A DNA stretch of 62,650 nucleotides, from positions 1-62,650 of the IMG/VR virus record IMGVR_UViG_3300020044_006256. One strand, given 5' to 3'. Made by a program: the position numbers and the translations under genes. Position 1 is the first letter of the stretch. Each line of letters opens with the position of its first letter. Positions 9,170-18,635 of the stretch are shown in pieces. The DNA is from a virus. Its lineage: Duplodnaviria; Caudoviricetes. The notes beneath the pieces are model-generated. The model searched no databases and was not told the DNA's origin. It worked only from the letters and a program-made list of their open reading frames with translations.

Positions 9170-11781
9170 ATGGCTGTTTGGGTTACTATTATATATTCAT
9201 TTGTTAATGCTCCATCTCTGTAATATTCTAAACCTACTACATCCACTCTATCAACACCAGTTGCATTGTATGCTACTGTGATTGTAAATTCAACATCTTG
9301 AGTATTATTTAATATTGCACTATAAGATAAAAAAGATAATGCTGCTGGTCCTTTTACATTAAAATAGTCATAGTCATTTAGATAAACAACTAAATCAATG
9401 TCAATTGTTTCTTTGTCTGTTTGAATGTTTGGTAAATTAGCAAATCTATATCCTACAGAACTTGCAGCATCTATTCCTCTGTAGTCTGTTATTAATTCAA
9501 AGTTAGCCTCTCCAGTTGTTAAGTCTGTAGTGAAAGAATTTATTATGTATCTTTTGTTTCTTATTACTAGCCTATCATTCAAAGCAATACCATTTGCAAT
9601 TCCATTCCCATTTGTGACAGTACTCCCCAATAAACTAGGTGGCAATAATGCCTTTACTTTTAATATTCTAGTTTTAATATTGTAAAGGTTGTTTACATAG
9701 TTTCTGTAGTTTCTGAAATACAAACCTTGTGGTGCTAATTCATTCAGCCAACTTGATTGTTCATTTCCAAAGTTCATAGTCATCAAGTGAGAATGCGATG
9801 TGTCACTAGGTAAACTATCATATTCATTTGAGAATCTGTTGTAGTTTGTAATTTGTGTTGCAGCACCAGTTGAATTGGTTAAATAGATTCTATCACTTCC
9901 AGTTAATGGAGTCACTAATCCATTGCAGTAGATTAGCATAGGTTTAGGTATATAAGGTTTTAAATCTTTATCCACAAGAGTTGCAGTCTGAAATAGTTTG
10001 CCTTGTGTTGGAACTTCAAACAGTACATTTTCAAAAGGAAGTTTTATGTCGTATGTGGCACTTTCTGTAATCCTTTCAGACTTATATATCAAGTCTCCGT
10101 AATTGTGTGCATATAATCCTCTAAATGCGTTATTGAGTATGTTTGGACTCTCTTCATAAGTAAAGTTAATACTCTTGTACAGTTTTGGTTTTTCAACGCT
10201 TAAATCTTGGCTATATACATACTCGGTTAAATCTAATGTCTTACCAGCATTGTAATATAATTCTAATGGTGCAAACTCAAAAGTATTGTTTCCTCTTGGG
10301 ATTATCATTAAGTTAAAAGCCTTTATAATACCAGTTAAGAAATCATTTATTTTTATATCTGGGACATAATTAACAATGTCAATATTTCCAATGGTTGTCA
10401 TACTTGTGTTTGTAGCTATACCTACAGTTAAATATGTCAAAAAATTACCAGCAACAATATAATTGTAATGTCTAGTTAGTTTTACAGTTGGTGCAAAATT
10501 CATTGTAAAATCAGATGAAAATCTAAACGTATAATTATGTGAGTTTGGATCTTCGCTTCTCCTTACTGTTTCCCCTCTTACAGTTCTTGTACCAGTTAAT
10601 CCAGTATATGAATTATATAAATCTCCATCTTTGTAAATAAATACACTATAAGGTATTGCACCAAATCCTCCCGCTGGTACTATTGTAATTTCTATTTTAT
10701 TATAAATGTCCCCTACTGCGTTTGCAGCAACCCAATCCCATTTTGTTCTCAACACATCTGTAGTCAGATTCATTTCAGTAAATGGTGATGAAGTGATAGT
10801 TGTAAAATTTAAAGGTATTCTTTGCGTTTGCTCTGACATTGACAAAGATGGCTTAAGGTACAAGTACAATTTTCTCCATTGGTCCAAAGAAAAAAAACTG
10901 CCAGTAAATGTCAATCCATATTTACTTTGTATCTTAAGAAATATATTTGAAAGTTTAATGGCTGGGTACAAATCGTTCCATCTTACTGCACCAGCTAGTG
11001 TTGTAATGTCATCACTTGCGTGAGTAGCATCTTGGTAATAGTATTTTTTTGCATTTCCTATTAATGGGTATTTAATATCTCCAGTTGTAGTTGCATTAGT
11101 TATTCTCCCTCTTACATTTGCACTATCATATGTGTGATTATATACAGAATAATCTAAAGTATTTAGTTTGTCATCTTTTATAACATCTTTCAACTGCGTA
11201 AGATTGCCATAAAAAGTAATAGAGTAACTTTCTATAAATCCATTCTTTTTATCTGCTTTCTCTAGTTGTATAGTTCCATTCTTAAACCTTTGCGTGTTTA
11301 CTTCGATATAGGCATCGTAACGCATTCTATGGTCAAAACCCTCATCGATAGAACTTTCATACCAATGCGATAATATTTGGTTATTATTCTTTGATGCTGG
11401 AATAGAAAACGACTGAGTATAGTCTGTATACAACTTCCCTATGTCATTTGAGTTGCTAATTTGCGAAGTAATAGAAATTTTCTCATCTTTAAATAAATCT
11501 AATCTTTGGTAATCACTTCTATAAATTTCATATGTATCAGTATTATTAACTTCAATTGCTGTTTGTAAAGTTAATACAGTATTTGTATTTGATGCAATGT
11601 AAGAAAGTAAGCCAATGTTTTCACCGGAAGTAATTTTAATATAATGCCCTATATATTGGTCAGTTGTATAACTTGCCGTTGAATCAGTTACAGTTAAAAA
11701 TGGTGTGCTATTATCTGTAGTAACAATTCCGGCATATACCTTTGTATTTTTCTTAATATAAACCTCTACGCTTAACTTCAT
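9166..11781 (-). CDS. Large tail tip/hub protein
   Basis: 871 aa; RLDLFKDE, DYTQSFSIPAS, LPFE motifs shared with 38557..40557. Confidence 0.65.
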   Translation of the reverse strand: MKLSVEVYIKKNTKVYAGIVTTDNSTPFLTVTDSTASYTTDQYIGHYIKITSGENIGLLSYIASNTNTVLTLQTAIEVNNTDTYEIYRSDYQRLDLFKDEKISITSQISNSNDIGKLYTDYTQSFSIPASKNNNQILSHWYESSIDEGFDHRMRYDAYIEVNTQRFKNGTIQLEKADKKNGFIESYSITFYGNLTQLKDVIKDDKLNTLDYSVYNHTYDSANVRGRITNATTTGDIKYPLIGNAKKYYYQDATHASDDITTLAGAVRWNDLYPAIKLSNIFLKIQSKYGLTFTGSFFSLDQWRKLYLYLKPSLSMSEQTQRIPLNFTTITSSPFTEMNLTTDVLRTKWDWVAANAVGDIYNKIEITIVPAGGFGAIPYSVFIYKDGDLYNSYTGLTGTRTVRGETVRRSEDPNSHNYTFRFSSDFTMNFAPTVKLTRHYNYIVAGNFLTYLTVGIATNTSMTTIGNIDIVNYVPDIKINDFLTGIIKAFNLMIIPRGNNTFEFAPLELYYNAGKTLDLTEYVYSQDLSVEKPKLYKSINFTYEESPNILNNAFRGLYAHNYGDLIYKSERITESATYDIKLPFENVLFEVPTQGKLFQTATLVDKDLKPYIPKPMLIYCNGLVTPLTGSDRIYLTNSTGAATQITNYNRFSNEYDSLPSDTSHSHLMTMNFGNEQSSWLNELAPQGLYFRNYRNYVNNLYNIKTRILKVKALLPPSLLGSTVTNGNGIANGIALNDRLVIRNKRYIINSFTTDLTTGEANFELITDYRGIDAASSVGYRFANLPNIQTDKETIDIDLVVYLNDYDYFNVKGPAALSFLSYSAILNNTQDVEFTITVAYNATGVDRVDVVGLEYYRDGALTNEYIIVTQTAI

Positions 11782-12854
11782 TATACTATTGTATTTATAA
11801 GATTATTGGCATACTCAAACTCTATAGTGTAGTTTATATTTCTCTCTTTTAAATACGTTTGTTTGAGTAAACTAGTAGACTTAACTGTCATAGGATTTTC
11901 ATTGTAAAGTATGGTATCAGATAGCATCATCTCTTGTAGAATGTCAAAGTCACTTTCCTCCACCCATCCAGTATTCACTTTCATTGTCTTACTTCCATTT
12001 ATATTAAATGGTTTACTTTGTCCTCTTCTGTAATCATAGTCTATCTCTCTTTGCATCAAGTTGTACTCGCTACCTTTTACATTGATTGTATCTGTACTGG
12101 CTTTGAAAAATACATAAGGCTGCCATCCACCTAATTTATTTACAAACCAAAATTGTCTTGGCTCATATTTGCATTCTTCAATTTGTTCTGTATTTATTGT
12201 ATAAATTAATATACTTCCATTTGACAAAATTTCTAATCTTACACTTGTAGTTGTACTTACAAAAACTAATGGAACAGATAGTAACGTGATGTCTGCTGGA
12301 TTATAAGAAAATGTATTTATTAAAGTATTTGTATCATCGTAATAATTAAAATCATAGTTAATTGTTGGTTCAATTATTATAAAATTATAAAAAGGTATAA
12401 TAGTATTCCATTTTACTTTTATGTTTTCATCTGCTAATAAACAATATTGATTGCTAACTATTATATTATAATTGTAACCATCCTCTACTCTTGTAAATGC
12501 ATTTAAACCTACACCCTCAAAATCATCTAGTTTATAATACGTAATGCCATCAGTTGAATAATAAGTTTTGTATTTAAACAAACAACATTCATTATCGTAT
12601 ACTTCAATCAAATTAACATCATCATAAAAAGTTTTATACTTGTCTATGTACTCTAAAATAAATGGCGAAATATTGTAGCTTGTTTCTATTTGCGTTACAG
12701 ATGCAATTGATTCACTCATTATGTATGTTGGAATAGTTGGCTCTGTAGTTCCTATAGCCCAAATAAATAATTCTACTTTTGTACTTATTTGTGTAGGCTC
12801 ATTTATTACTACTTGGTATGGACTTCTTGCCGATATAATTTTATAAGCTGGCAT
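11781..12854 (-). CDS. Tail structural protein (distal-tail-like)
   Basis: RSPY N-terminus and EECKYEP...NKLGGWQ...FFKAS C-terminus; split into two genes in B. Confidence 0.55.
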   Translation of the reverse strand: MPAYKIISARSPYQVVINEPTQISTKVELFIWAIGTTEPTIPTYIMSESIASVTQIETSYNISPFILEYIDKYKTFYDDVNLIEVYDNECCLFKYKTYYSTDGITYYKLDDFEGVGLNAFTRVEDGYNYNIIVSNQYCLLADENIKVKWNTIIPFYNFIIIEPTINYDFNYYDDTNTLINTFSYNPADITLLSVPLVFVSTTTSVRLEILSNGSILIYTINTEQIEECKYEPRQFWFVNKLGGWQPYVFFKASTDTINVKGSEYNLMQREIDYDYRRGQSKPFNINGSKTMKVNTGWVEESDFDILQEMMLSDTILYNENPMTVKSTSLLKQTYLKERNINYTIEFEYANNLINTIV

Positions 12855-12855
12855 A

Positions 12856-13404
12856 TTATTTAAAGTTTGATTTTATAATTAAATCTACAGTAGACTTCAC
12901 ATCTAATGCGAATGCTTCTGCTATTTCTCTTGGTGCTAATTTTATGTTATCTGCAACTGCATCTTTTAAAAAGTAAGTTGGTTTTATACCTTGATGGTAG
13001 ACTGACTCTCTTACTGCAAATGGACTTAATCCTCTCTTCTTACTCCAGTCTATAAAATGCTTTACACTAGGTTTCACTCCAGCCTTAAAACTGTACGGAC
13101 TATCTCCGCCATTCTGCTTCCAAAGTTTACCTTTGTTGTTTGTTCTCTTAAATGCAGATGTCATTTTTCTTACTCCTCCAACTCCTCGCACTCCCTTATC
13201 TACAAATGCACCATAGTCAGACATAGCTATGTTTAATGTCATACTATTTTTATGGAATATAACTCCATTGTTTTTCACGCTTTTCTCAAGAGTACCAGTA
13301 TCAACTTTCTTTTTATCTTTTAAGTTACGCTTGGCATCTGCTACTACCTTGTCTCCAAATGCATTCATTGCATCTTTTAAATGGTCTAACTTTATCATCC
13401 GCAT
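12856..13404 (-). CDS. Neck/tail completion protein (HK97 gp10-like)
   Basis: KKKVDTGTLEKS, YGAFVDKGV, GIKPTYF; orthologue of 41901..42428. Confidence 0.6.
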   Translation of the reverse strand: MRMIKLDHLKDAMNAFGDKVVADAKRNLKDKKKVDTGTLEKSVKNNGVIFHKNSMTLNIAMSDYGAFVDKGVRGVGGVRKMTSAFKRTNNKGKLWKQNGGDSPYSFKAGVKPSVKHFIDWSKKRGLSPFAVRESVYHQGIKPTYFLKDAVADNIKLAPREIAEAFALDVKSTVDLIIKSNFK

Positions 13405-13868
13405 TTATTTATATCGTTCGGTACATTAATGGTAAAATCTGTCTGGTATCCAGTAAGCATATTCTCCATCTCTTTATCAATCACATCGCTTTGAGGATTG
13501 CCCTCTAATTCCCAACCATCTCTGTAGATTGATGACTGTCGTAATCGGCTCAATAAACGATTAATAACATACAGTTGGTTGGATAGTATGTACATTGTAT
13601 TATCGTTTCCGTAAACGCCTATTTCACCCTCCTTTGATACGTTTACGATATCCAGATTAAATACTGTCATATTGAAAGATAAAGTTGTCTCATTATTTCC
13701 TACACTATTCAGAATAATATGGCTCAAAGGAAAGATGGTATTTTTTGCCAAGTCTACTTCCAGCAATCTACCAACTGTAACCTTGTTTACAAATGGATTA
13801 GTTGTCAGTTCATTTTCTATTGTGTCTATTACATTGTATAATGCCTCAACTGCTTTTTTATCTTCCAT
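13395..13868 (-). CDS. Tail terminator-like protein
   Basis: IFPLSHI motif; orthologue of 42422..42880. Confidence 0.55.
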   Translation of the reverse strand: MEDKKAVEALYNVIDTIENELTTNPFVNKVTVGRLLEVDLAKNTIFPLSHIILNSVGNNETTLSFNMTVFNLDIVNVSKEGEIGVYGNDNTMYILSNQLYVINRLLSRLRQSSIYRDGWELEGNPQSDVIDKEMENMLTGYQTDFTINVPNDINKCG

Positions 13869-14127
13869 ACTTCTTGTTAATTTTTTCTAACTGCTTTGCT
13901 CTTAATTCATCCTTACTAATTTTGTAACTTAAAAACTTAAAGCACAAATGCATATTTAATTTGGCAACTTTTTCAATTCTAGTAACATCGTTTTTAGCGA
14001 GTTCAGCGAGTGATGCAAACCATCCCCATTCTCTTGAGAATTGAGTTTCTTGACTAAACTCATCTTGTTCGCTTCCTTGCCCAAAGAGTTTAGGGTAGAC
14101 ATCACTAAATCCAAGCCTAAATTCCAA
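13858..14127 (-). CDS. -1 frameshift extension of tail assembly chaperone (GT-like)
   Basis: Frame opens at the T9 slippery run; WGW/ELAK/KI motifs conserved in the B -1 frame. Confidence 0.75.
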   Translation of the reverse strand: MEFRLGFSDVYPKLFGQGSEQDEFSQETQFSREWGWFASLAELAKNDVTRIEKVAKLNMHLCFKFLSYKISKDELRAKQLEKINKKYGR

Positions 14128-14621
14128 AAAAAAACCCTTGCACCCAATACTGCACTCATTGGCATATGTTGTAGTATATCGTGATACTTATCTCCCTCGT
14201 ATTTCTCTACTAGATACTTTCCATCTTTTGCTCTTCCAGTTACTGGTCTGTAAAGTACTCCCATTGCAGTAACCATATTATCCCAATCATCTACATTGTT
14301 GTTTAAATCTAAGAATGCTCCAAATGGCAATGCATCCAATTTAGGTAGCCATCCAAACTCAATACCACCTAGTCTAAAACTTTCCACTAGTGGTTGCTCT
14401 ACAGATAGTAAATCAACTATTAAACTAACTACTTTGTTTGCATCATCTGCATCTATTTGCTTGGCTTGTTCTGGAGTTATCTCGCAGAATATTTCTAGCA
14501 TCTTTAAACCTAAATATGTCTCTTGGTTTTTCTGGCTCTTGCTCTTCTCAAACTCTTTCAAGTAAGTTTGGTATTTGCTCAAACTGATTTCCTCTAATGT
14601 ACTTGGTACTATTAATTTCAT
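13956..14621 (-). CDS. Tail assembly chaperone (G-like)
   Basis: EFGWLPKLD, LYRP, VFF at slippery site; orthologue of 43023..43634. Confidence 0.65.
   Translation of the reverse strand: MKLIVPSTLEEISLSKYQTYLKEFEKSKSQKNQETYLGLKMLEIFCEITPEQAKQIDADDANKVVSLIVDLLSVEQPLVESFRLGGIEFGWLPKLDALPFGAFLDLNNNVDDWDNMVTAMGVLYRPVTGRAKDGKYLVEKYEGDKYHDILQHMPMSAVLGARVFFWNLGLDLVMSTLNSLGKEANKMSLVKKLNSQENGDGLHHSLNSLKTMLLELKKLPN
14126..14137 (-). other. Slippery site GGGTTTTTTTTT (-1 programmed frameshift)
   Basis: Nine T preceded by GGG at the junction of the two overlapping frames; same in B. Confidence 0.75.
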
Positions 14622-14626
14622 AACTA

Positions 14627-14653
14627 TATAACGTTTGTTTATTTTATTTGTGA
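14627..14653 (-). promoter_or_regulatory. Phage A late promoter variant (TCACAA-N14-CGTTATA)
   Basis: CGTTATA just upstream of the first tail gene after terL. Confidence 0.55.
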
Positions 14654-14657
14654 GTTG

Positions 14658-15812
14658 TTATCTTACTGCATATTTACCATAGTTTGGTCTGGCTAATTTA
14701 TCATATAAACCATATCGTATTGCATCGATGGTATGGTTAAACATATCTACTGGAGTGTTTAATACGTTTCCGTTTTTATCCTCTTGCCATTTGTAGTTTC
14801 TAAATTCTTTTATCATATTGACTGAATCTTTAGTTACGTGAAGCTGGTAACGTTTCATCATATCTATTCCTATATTAACCGAGCCTTGTCCTTTTGTAGC
14901 TGGTTTAACATTCCAACCCATTCTATATAATTCCTCTATTGATTTTGGCTCTGCACTATCTGCAAATATTTCCTTTCGCTCTACTGAATGAAACTTTAAT
15001 TTTTCGTCTATGTCTCTGTTTGTTAATCCGGTCTGGTATAATAACTCTTTTAAATATATGTTATCGCCTTGCTGGTAAATAGCTACTAAAGTTGTTGGGT
15101 CATTCGTAAATCCAAAGTCCATTCCATAACTTAAAAACTTTGCCTCTGGAGGAATACTATTGCATTCGTTAATACGGAATATTAAGGCTTGTGATGAACC
15201 GATTTGTCCTAGTCCATATATCTTCCAGTAATTCTCATCAACGTCTCTTAAGCGTTCTATTTCGTTTACTGTTTCAATATCTAAAAATGGATTGTCTTTG
15301 TAGGTAGTAATGTAAAATTCTGCATCGTCTCTAGGTTTAATCTTATCATAAATAAAATGAAACTCATCTGAAGGATTGTAGTCTAGGATTGCTTTGTCAG
15401 TTGTTCTTAATATTAACTGCTGCCAGTCTTCGAAGTATAATTCGTTTGCCTCGTTTATGTATAGTACATCTCTTTTACGACCTCTTACTTTTTGTGGCTG
15501 GTCTAAAGATATAAACTCAAATAGATTGTTGTTTAAAAGGTATTCAGAATTACTTTTGTTGTGGTTTGCCTCTTTGTAGATATCATACTTTTTTAGTATA
15601 TCAAAAAAATCCCTCATCGAACTTGCTCTCAATGCGGGAAATGTTTTTCTACAAATGGTTATTGTCTTACCGTTATTCCTATCTGAATAAGCAAATATTA
15701 ACCACATTAAAATATTATAAGTTTTACCAGAACGGCTACCTCCTTGCTCAATAGTAATTCTCTTATCTGAATTATCTAAATGAGTATATATTTTATTCGT
15801 GGTTATTTCCAT
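14658..15812 (-). CDS. terL: Terminase large subunit (PBSX-like)
   Basis: Walker A GGSRSGKT, INEANE, DYNPS, YGMDFG, ADSAEP, NHTIDA. Confidence 0.95.
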   Translation of the reverse strand: MEITTNKIYTHLDNSDKRITIEQGGSRSGKTYNILMWLIFAYSDRNNGKTITICRKTFPALRASSMRDFFDILKKYDIYKEANHNKSNSEYLLNNNLFEFISLDQPQKVRGRKRDVLYINEANELYFEDWQQLILRTTDKAILDYNPSDEFHFIYDKIKPRDDAEFYITTYKDNPFLDIETVNEIERLRDVDENYWKIYGLGQIGSSQALIFRINECNSIPPEAKFLSYGMDFGFTNDPTTLVAIYQQGDNIYLKELLYQTGLTNRDIDEKLKFHSVERKEIFADSAEPKSIEELYRMGWNVKPATKGQGSVNIGIDMMKRYQLHVTKDSVNMIKEFRNYKWQEDKNGNVLNTPVDMFNHTIDAIRYGLYDKLARPNYGKYAVR

Positions 15813-16170
15813 CCGGATTGTTATCGATTACTCGTACTGTAAACTCTTTTAGTTCGTGTTTGTTTTCTGACTCTACAAATTGCATCGATAGTTTTTTTCT
15901 GTCCTCATCCTCGCATAAAACTTTAAAAGCACTTATTTGCAAAGTTGCATTGTCACTTCCTACCCACTTGTTAAGCATATAAGATACTGCCTTGCTTTTG
16001 TTCTTTGCTATCGCTTCTTTAATATTGTCTGATTTGTCCAACTCAAGGTTATAGAATTGTGCTCTTTGTAAATCTGTATAGTGCTGGAAGATATGGCTTA
16101 TCTTCATTACTTTGTTCTTTACTATTACATCAAGTATTTCTGTCTCGTGTTGCTCTTTTGTCTTTCCCAT
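15793..16170 (-). CDS. terS: Terminase small subunit (putative)
   Basis: Directly upstream of and overlapping terL; size fits. Confidence 0.6.
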   Translation of the reverse strand: MGKTKEQHETEILDVIVKNKVMKISHIFQHYTDLQRAQFYNLELDKSDNIKEAIAKNKSKAVSYMLNKWVGSDNATLQISAFKVLCEDEDRKKLSMQFVESENKHELKEFTVRVIDNNPDGNNHE

Positions 16171-16171
16171 A

Positions 16172-16327
16172 TTAATAGTAATTAAAAATAAATCCTTTGA
16201 CTGTTTTCTGTTTTCCTTTGCAGCATCTTAGTATTAGGTCTCTTTTAATATTTAGCCTTTTACTTGCATCGGTTACTGATGCGAATACATTTATTTTTTT
16301 ATCCTCTTGTAATTGTACTACTCTCAT
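16172..16327 (-). CDS. Stand-alone NUMOD1-type HTH protein (51 aa)
   Basis: Own translation MRVVQLQEDKKINVFASVTDASKRLNIKRDLILRCCKGKQKTVKGFIFNYY. Confidence 0.6.
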   Translation of the reverse strand: MRVVQLQEDKKINVFASVTDASKRLNIKRDLILRCCKGKQKTVKGFIFNYY

Positions 16328-17528
16328 ATTTTATACCATTTCGTTTTACTTCTATTGATGGGTCTAGTTTAATCATTCTATCTACTATTACTTGGCAGTA
16401 TTTAGGATCTAGTTCCATTCCGTAGCATTTGCGTTTTAGTTGGTGTGATGCTACCATTGTTGAGCCACTGCCAAGAAACAAATCAAGTATTAAATCATTT
16501 GCTTTTGAACTAACCTTTTGATAAAAACTACATATTTCAATAGTTTTTTGTGTTGGGTGAATTGATTTAGCGTTATGTTCAGTTGATTTAATTTCATTTA
16601 ATGCTAAGTAAGTATCAAGAAACCCATCACCACTATATCTGCTATCATTCTTTGTACTTTCTGAAACTTCTAATATTCCACTATTAAAACCTTTCTTGCC
16701 TTTATTAGAAAAATAACATACTTCATAATTATTTTTAAAATATCCGCTTGGACTTGGCTTGTTTTCGTGTGTTATTCTTTGAATTAATATATTGGTTTGT
16801 TTAAAATATTCTTTTATTTTTGAAGCACATTCTGTTATAAATTGTATTCCAAAATAAATATAAATATGACTATCTTCTTTTGAGAATAATTCAATATTTG
16901 GTAAACACTCATTAAAAACTTCTAAATCTTCATCTCCTAAAATACTCCCGTTTGTATTCTTAATTGCTACACCATAAGGAGGGTCTGTAAATACCATATC
17001 AGCTTTCTCTCCATTCATTAACTTTGCAACTGTATCGCTACAAGTACTATCTCCACACAATAATCTATGTTCGCCTATCTCAAACAAGTCTCCCAATACA
17101 ATATCAGTTTCAATACCTCCGTCTGGCACTTCAAAGTCATCCTCTTCGGCTTCTAGTACTTCGTTATAATCTAAAGGTAAATCTAGTCCCCAGTCTTTTA
17201 AATCGTCAGCATCCCATTCATTTGCTAATATATCCCAATCCCATTCGCCACCACTTACATTGTCTTTAATTAAAAACTCTTTTTGTTGCTCTTCGGTTAG
17301 GTCTGTTATAATTATAGGCACTTCTTTTAGTCCAGCTTCTTTACAAGCCTTATATCTCATATTTCCTCCTAGTATAATCATATCCTTATTTACTACTATT
17401 GGGCGAATGTTTAGCATCTCTGGAAAGTCTTTGACTGACTGAACTAATTTTTTAAATTTATCATCCTTTATTAATCTTGGATTATTTGGATTGACTTTTA
17501 CCTCTGAAATTTTTACTGTTTTTTGCAT
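16299..17528 (-). CDS. ParB-N domain fused to N4/N6 DNA methyltransferase
   Basis: NPNNPR/GGNMR ParB part; HRLLCGDST, TDPPY, HPTQK, DLFLGSGST, GMELDPKYC. Confidence 0.9.
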   Translation of the reverse strand: MQKTVKISEVKVNPNNPRLIKDDKFKKLVQSVKDFPEMLNIRPIVVNKDMIILGGNMRYKACKEAGLKEVPIIITDLTEEQQKEFLIKDNVSGGEWDWDILANEWDADDLKDWGLDLPLDYNEVLEAEEDDFEVPDGGIETDIVLGDLFEIGEHRLLCGDSTCSDTVAKLMNGEKADMVFTDPPYGVAIKNTNGSILGDEDLEVFNECLPNIELFSKEDSHIYIYFGIQFITECASKIKEYFKQTNILIQRITHENKPSPSGYFKNNYEVCYFSNKGKKGFNSGILEVSESTKNDSRYSGDGFLDTYLALNEIKSTEHNAKSIHPTQKTIEICSFYQKVSSKANDLILDLFLGSGSTMVASHQLKRKCYGMELDPKYCQVIVDRMIKLDPSIEVKRNGIKYESSTITRG

Positions 17529-17529
17529 A

Positions 17530-17913
17530 TTATTTTATTTGTTGCTCTTGAAAATCTAATAAATTTATTATTCCTTGTATTCTATCCAAATCGTATACAT
17601 CTCTCAGTCTATTCATAAGTACTGCTTTTGGATTAGTAGTCTTTAAAATACTGTATCTTATCTCTTCCAGCCTTTTGTCTATTCCACTTGCTACATCATA
17701 AATTGATAGGTTATGTATAACGCTGCAATGTGAGAATGATTTTCCATTAATGTTAAATACTTCTGCTATCTTATGTAACGTAAGATTGTAATCTTTGCGT
17801 AAGATATGGCAAAATAAACTTCTTGCATCTACTACATCTTGTCTCCTAGTTTGTTCAAATATATTTACTCCTAGTTTATTTTGTATCTCATCTGAGATGA
17901 ATTTGTAATCCAT
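17530..17913 (-). CDS. DnaA C-terminal-like HTH protein
   Basis: TRRQDVVDARSLFCHILR...LHKIAEVF...HCSVIH. Confidence 0.65.
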   Translation of the reverse strand: MDYKFISDEIQNKLGVNIFEQTRRQDVVDARSLFCHILRKDYNLTLHKIAEVFNINGKSFSHCSVIHNLSIYDVASGIDKRLEEIRYSILKTTNPKAVLMNRLRDVYDLDRIQGIINLLDFQEQQIK

Positions 17914-17914
17914 T

Positions 17915-18625
17915 TTATTTTGTTTTTAATTTTAATAATAGATAGCATTCGATAAATCTCTCTCTTGCTTTCTGTTTGTATATCTTTTTGAATAGTTCAA
18001 ATACTACTCTAATATAAGAATAATGGCTTAAACAGTCTTTAAATGCTTTCTGGCAGTACTTTGCTCCATATCCTTTACAGAAGTTTACATTGTCAGCAGT
18101 ATCTCCAGATATCATCTGCTCATAGAAATTGTATCTTGCCTCCTCTTCTGTTATATTGTGGTAGCATTGTTTTTTATAATGGTAATCGTAAATGATGCAA
18201 GGCAGTTGTTTGTAGTCTTTGTCTATGCTTACTATTATTACTTGGTCTCTTCCAAATGTATCTGTTAGATTTTTCCAATAGGTAGCAACTAAATCATCTG
18301 TTTCTATTCCATACCCTTGCTTGGCTTCATATTGCTCTTGCACATAATCGTGCAAATCATTTAGTACTGGTGGTATTTCTCTTCCTACTCTATTGGCTTT
18401 GTATGTGCTGGATATATGCTTTCTAAAATTGCCTCTTGCACCAGCAAATGTAATTACCTTATCAATCTCGTGGTCAAGTTCAATAGTGTTGATTATTTTC
18501 ATTACTACCTCATTATACTTGTCTTTGGCATCCTCTATAGTATGATATCCATCGTCTTCTGGATGTTCTTTTTGTCTGTAGCAACTGCTCCAGATTAAAC
18601 TGTCTGCATCAATTAATATTATCAT
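17915..18625 (-). CDS. 5'-3' exonuclease/flap endonuclease
   Basis: LIDAD, NFRK, YKANR, ETDD, SIDKD, GDTADNV, KGYGAK. Confidence 0.85.
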   Translation of the reverse strand: MIILIDADSLIWSSCYRQKEHPEDDGYHTIEDAKDKYNEVVMKIINTIELDHEIDKVITFAGARGNFRKHISSTYKANRVGREIPPVLNDLHDYVQEQYEAKQGYGIETDDLVATYWKNLTDTFGRDQVIIVSIDKDYKQLPCIIYDYHYKKQCYHNITEEEARYNFYEQMISGDTADNVNFCKGYGAKYCQKAFKDCLSHYSYIRVVFELFKKIYKQKARERFIECYLLLKLKTK

Positions 18626-18635
18626 TTGTTTTGTT

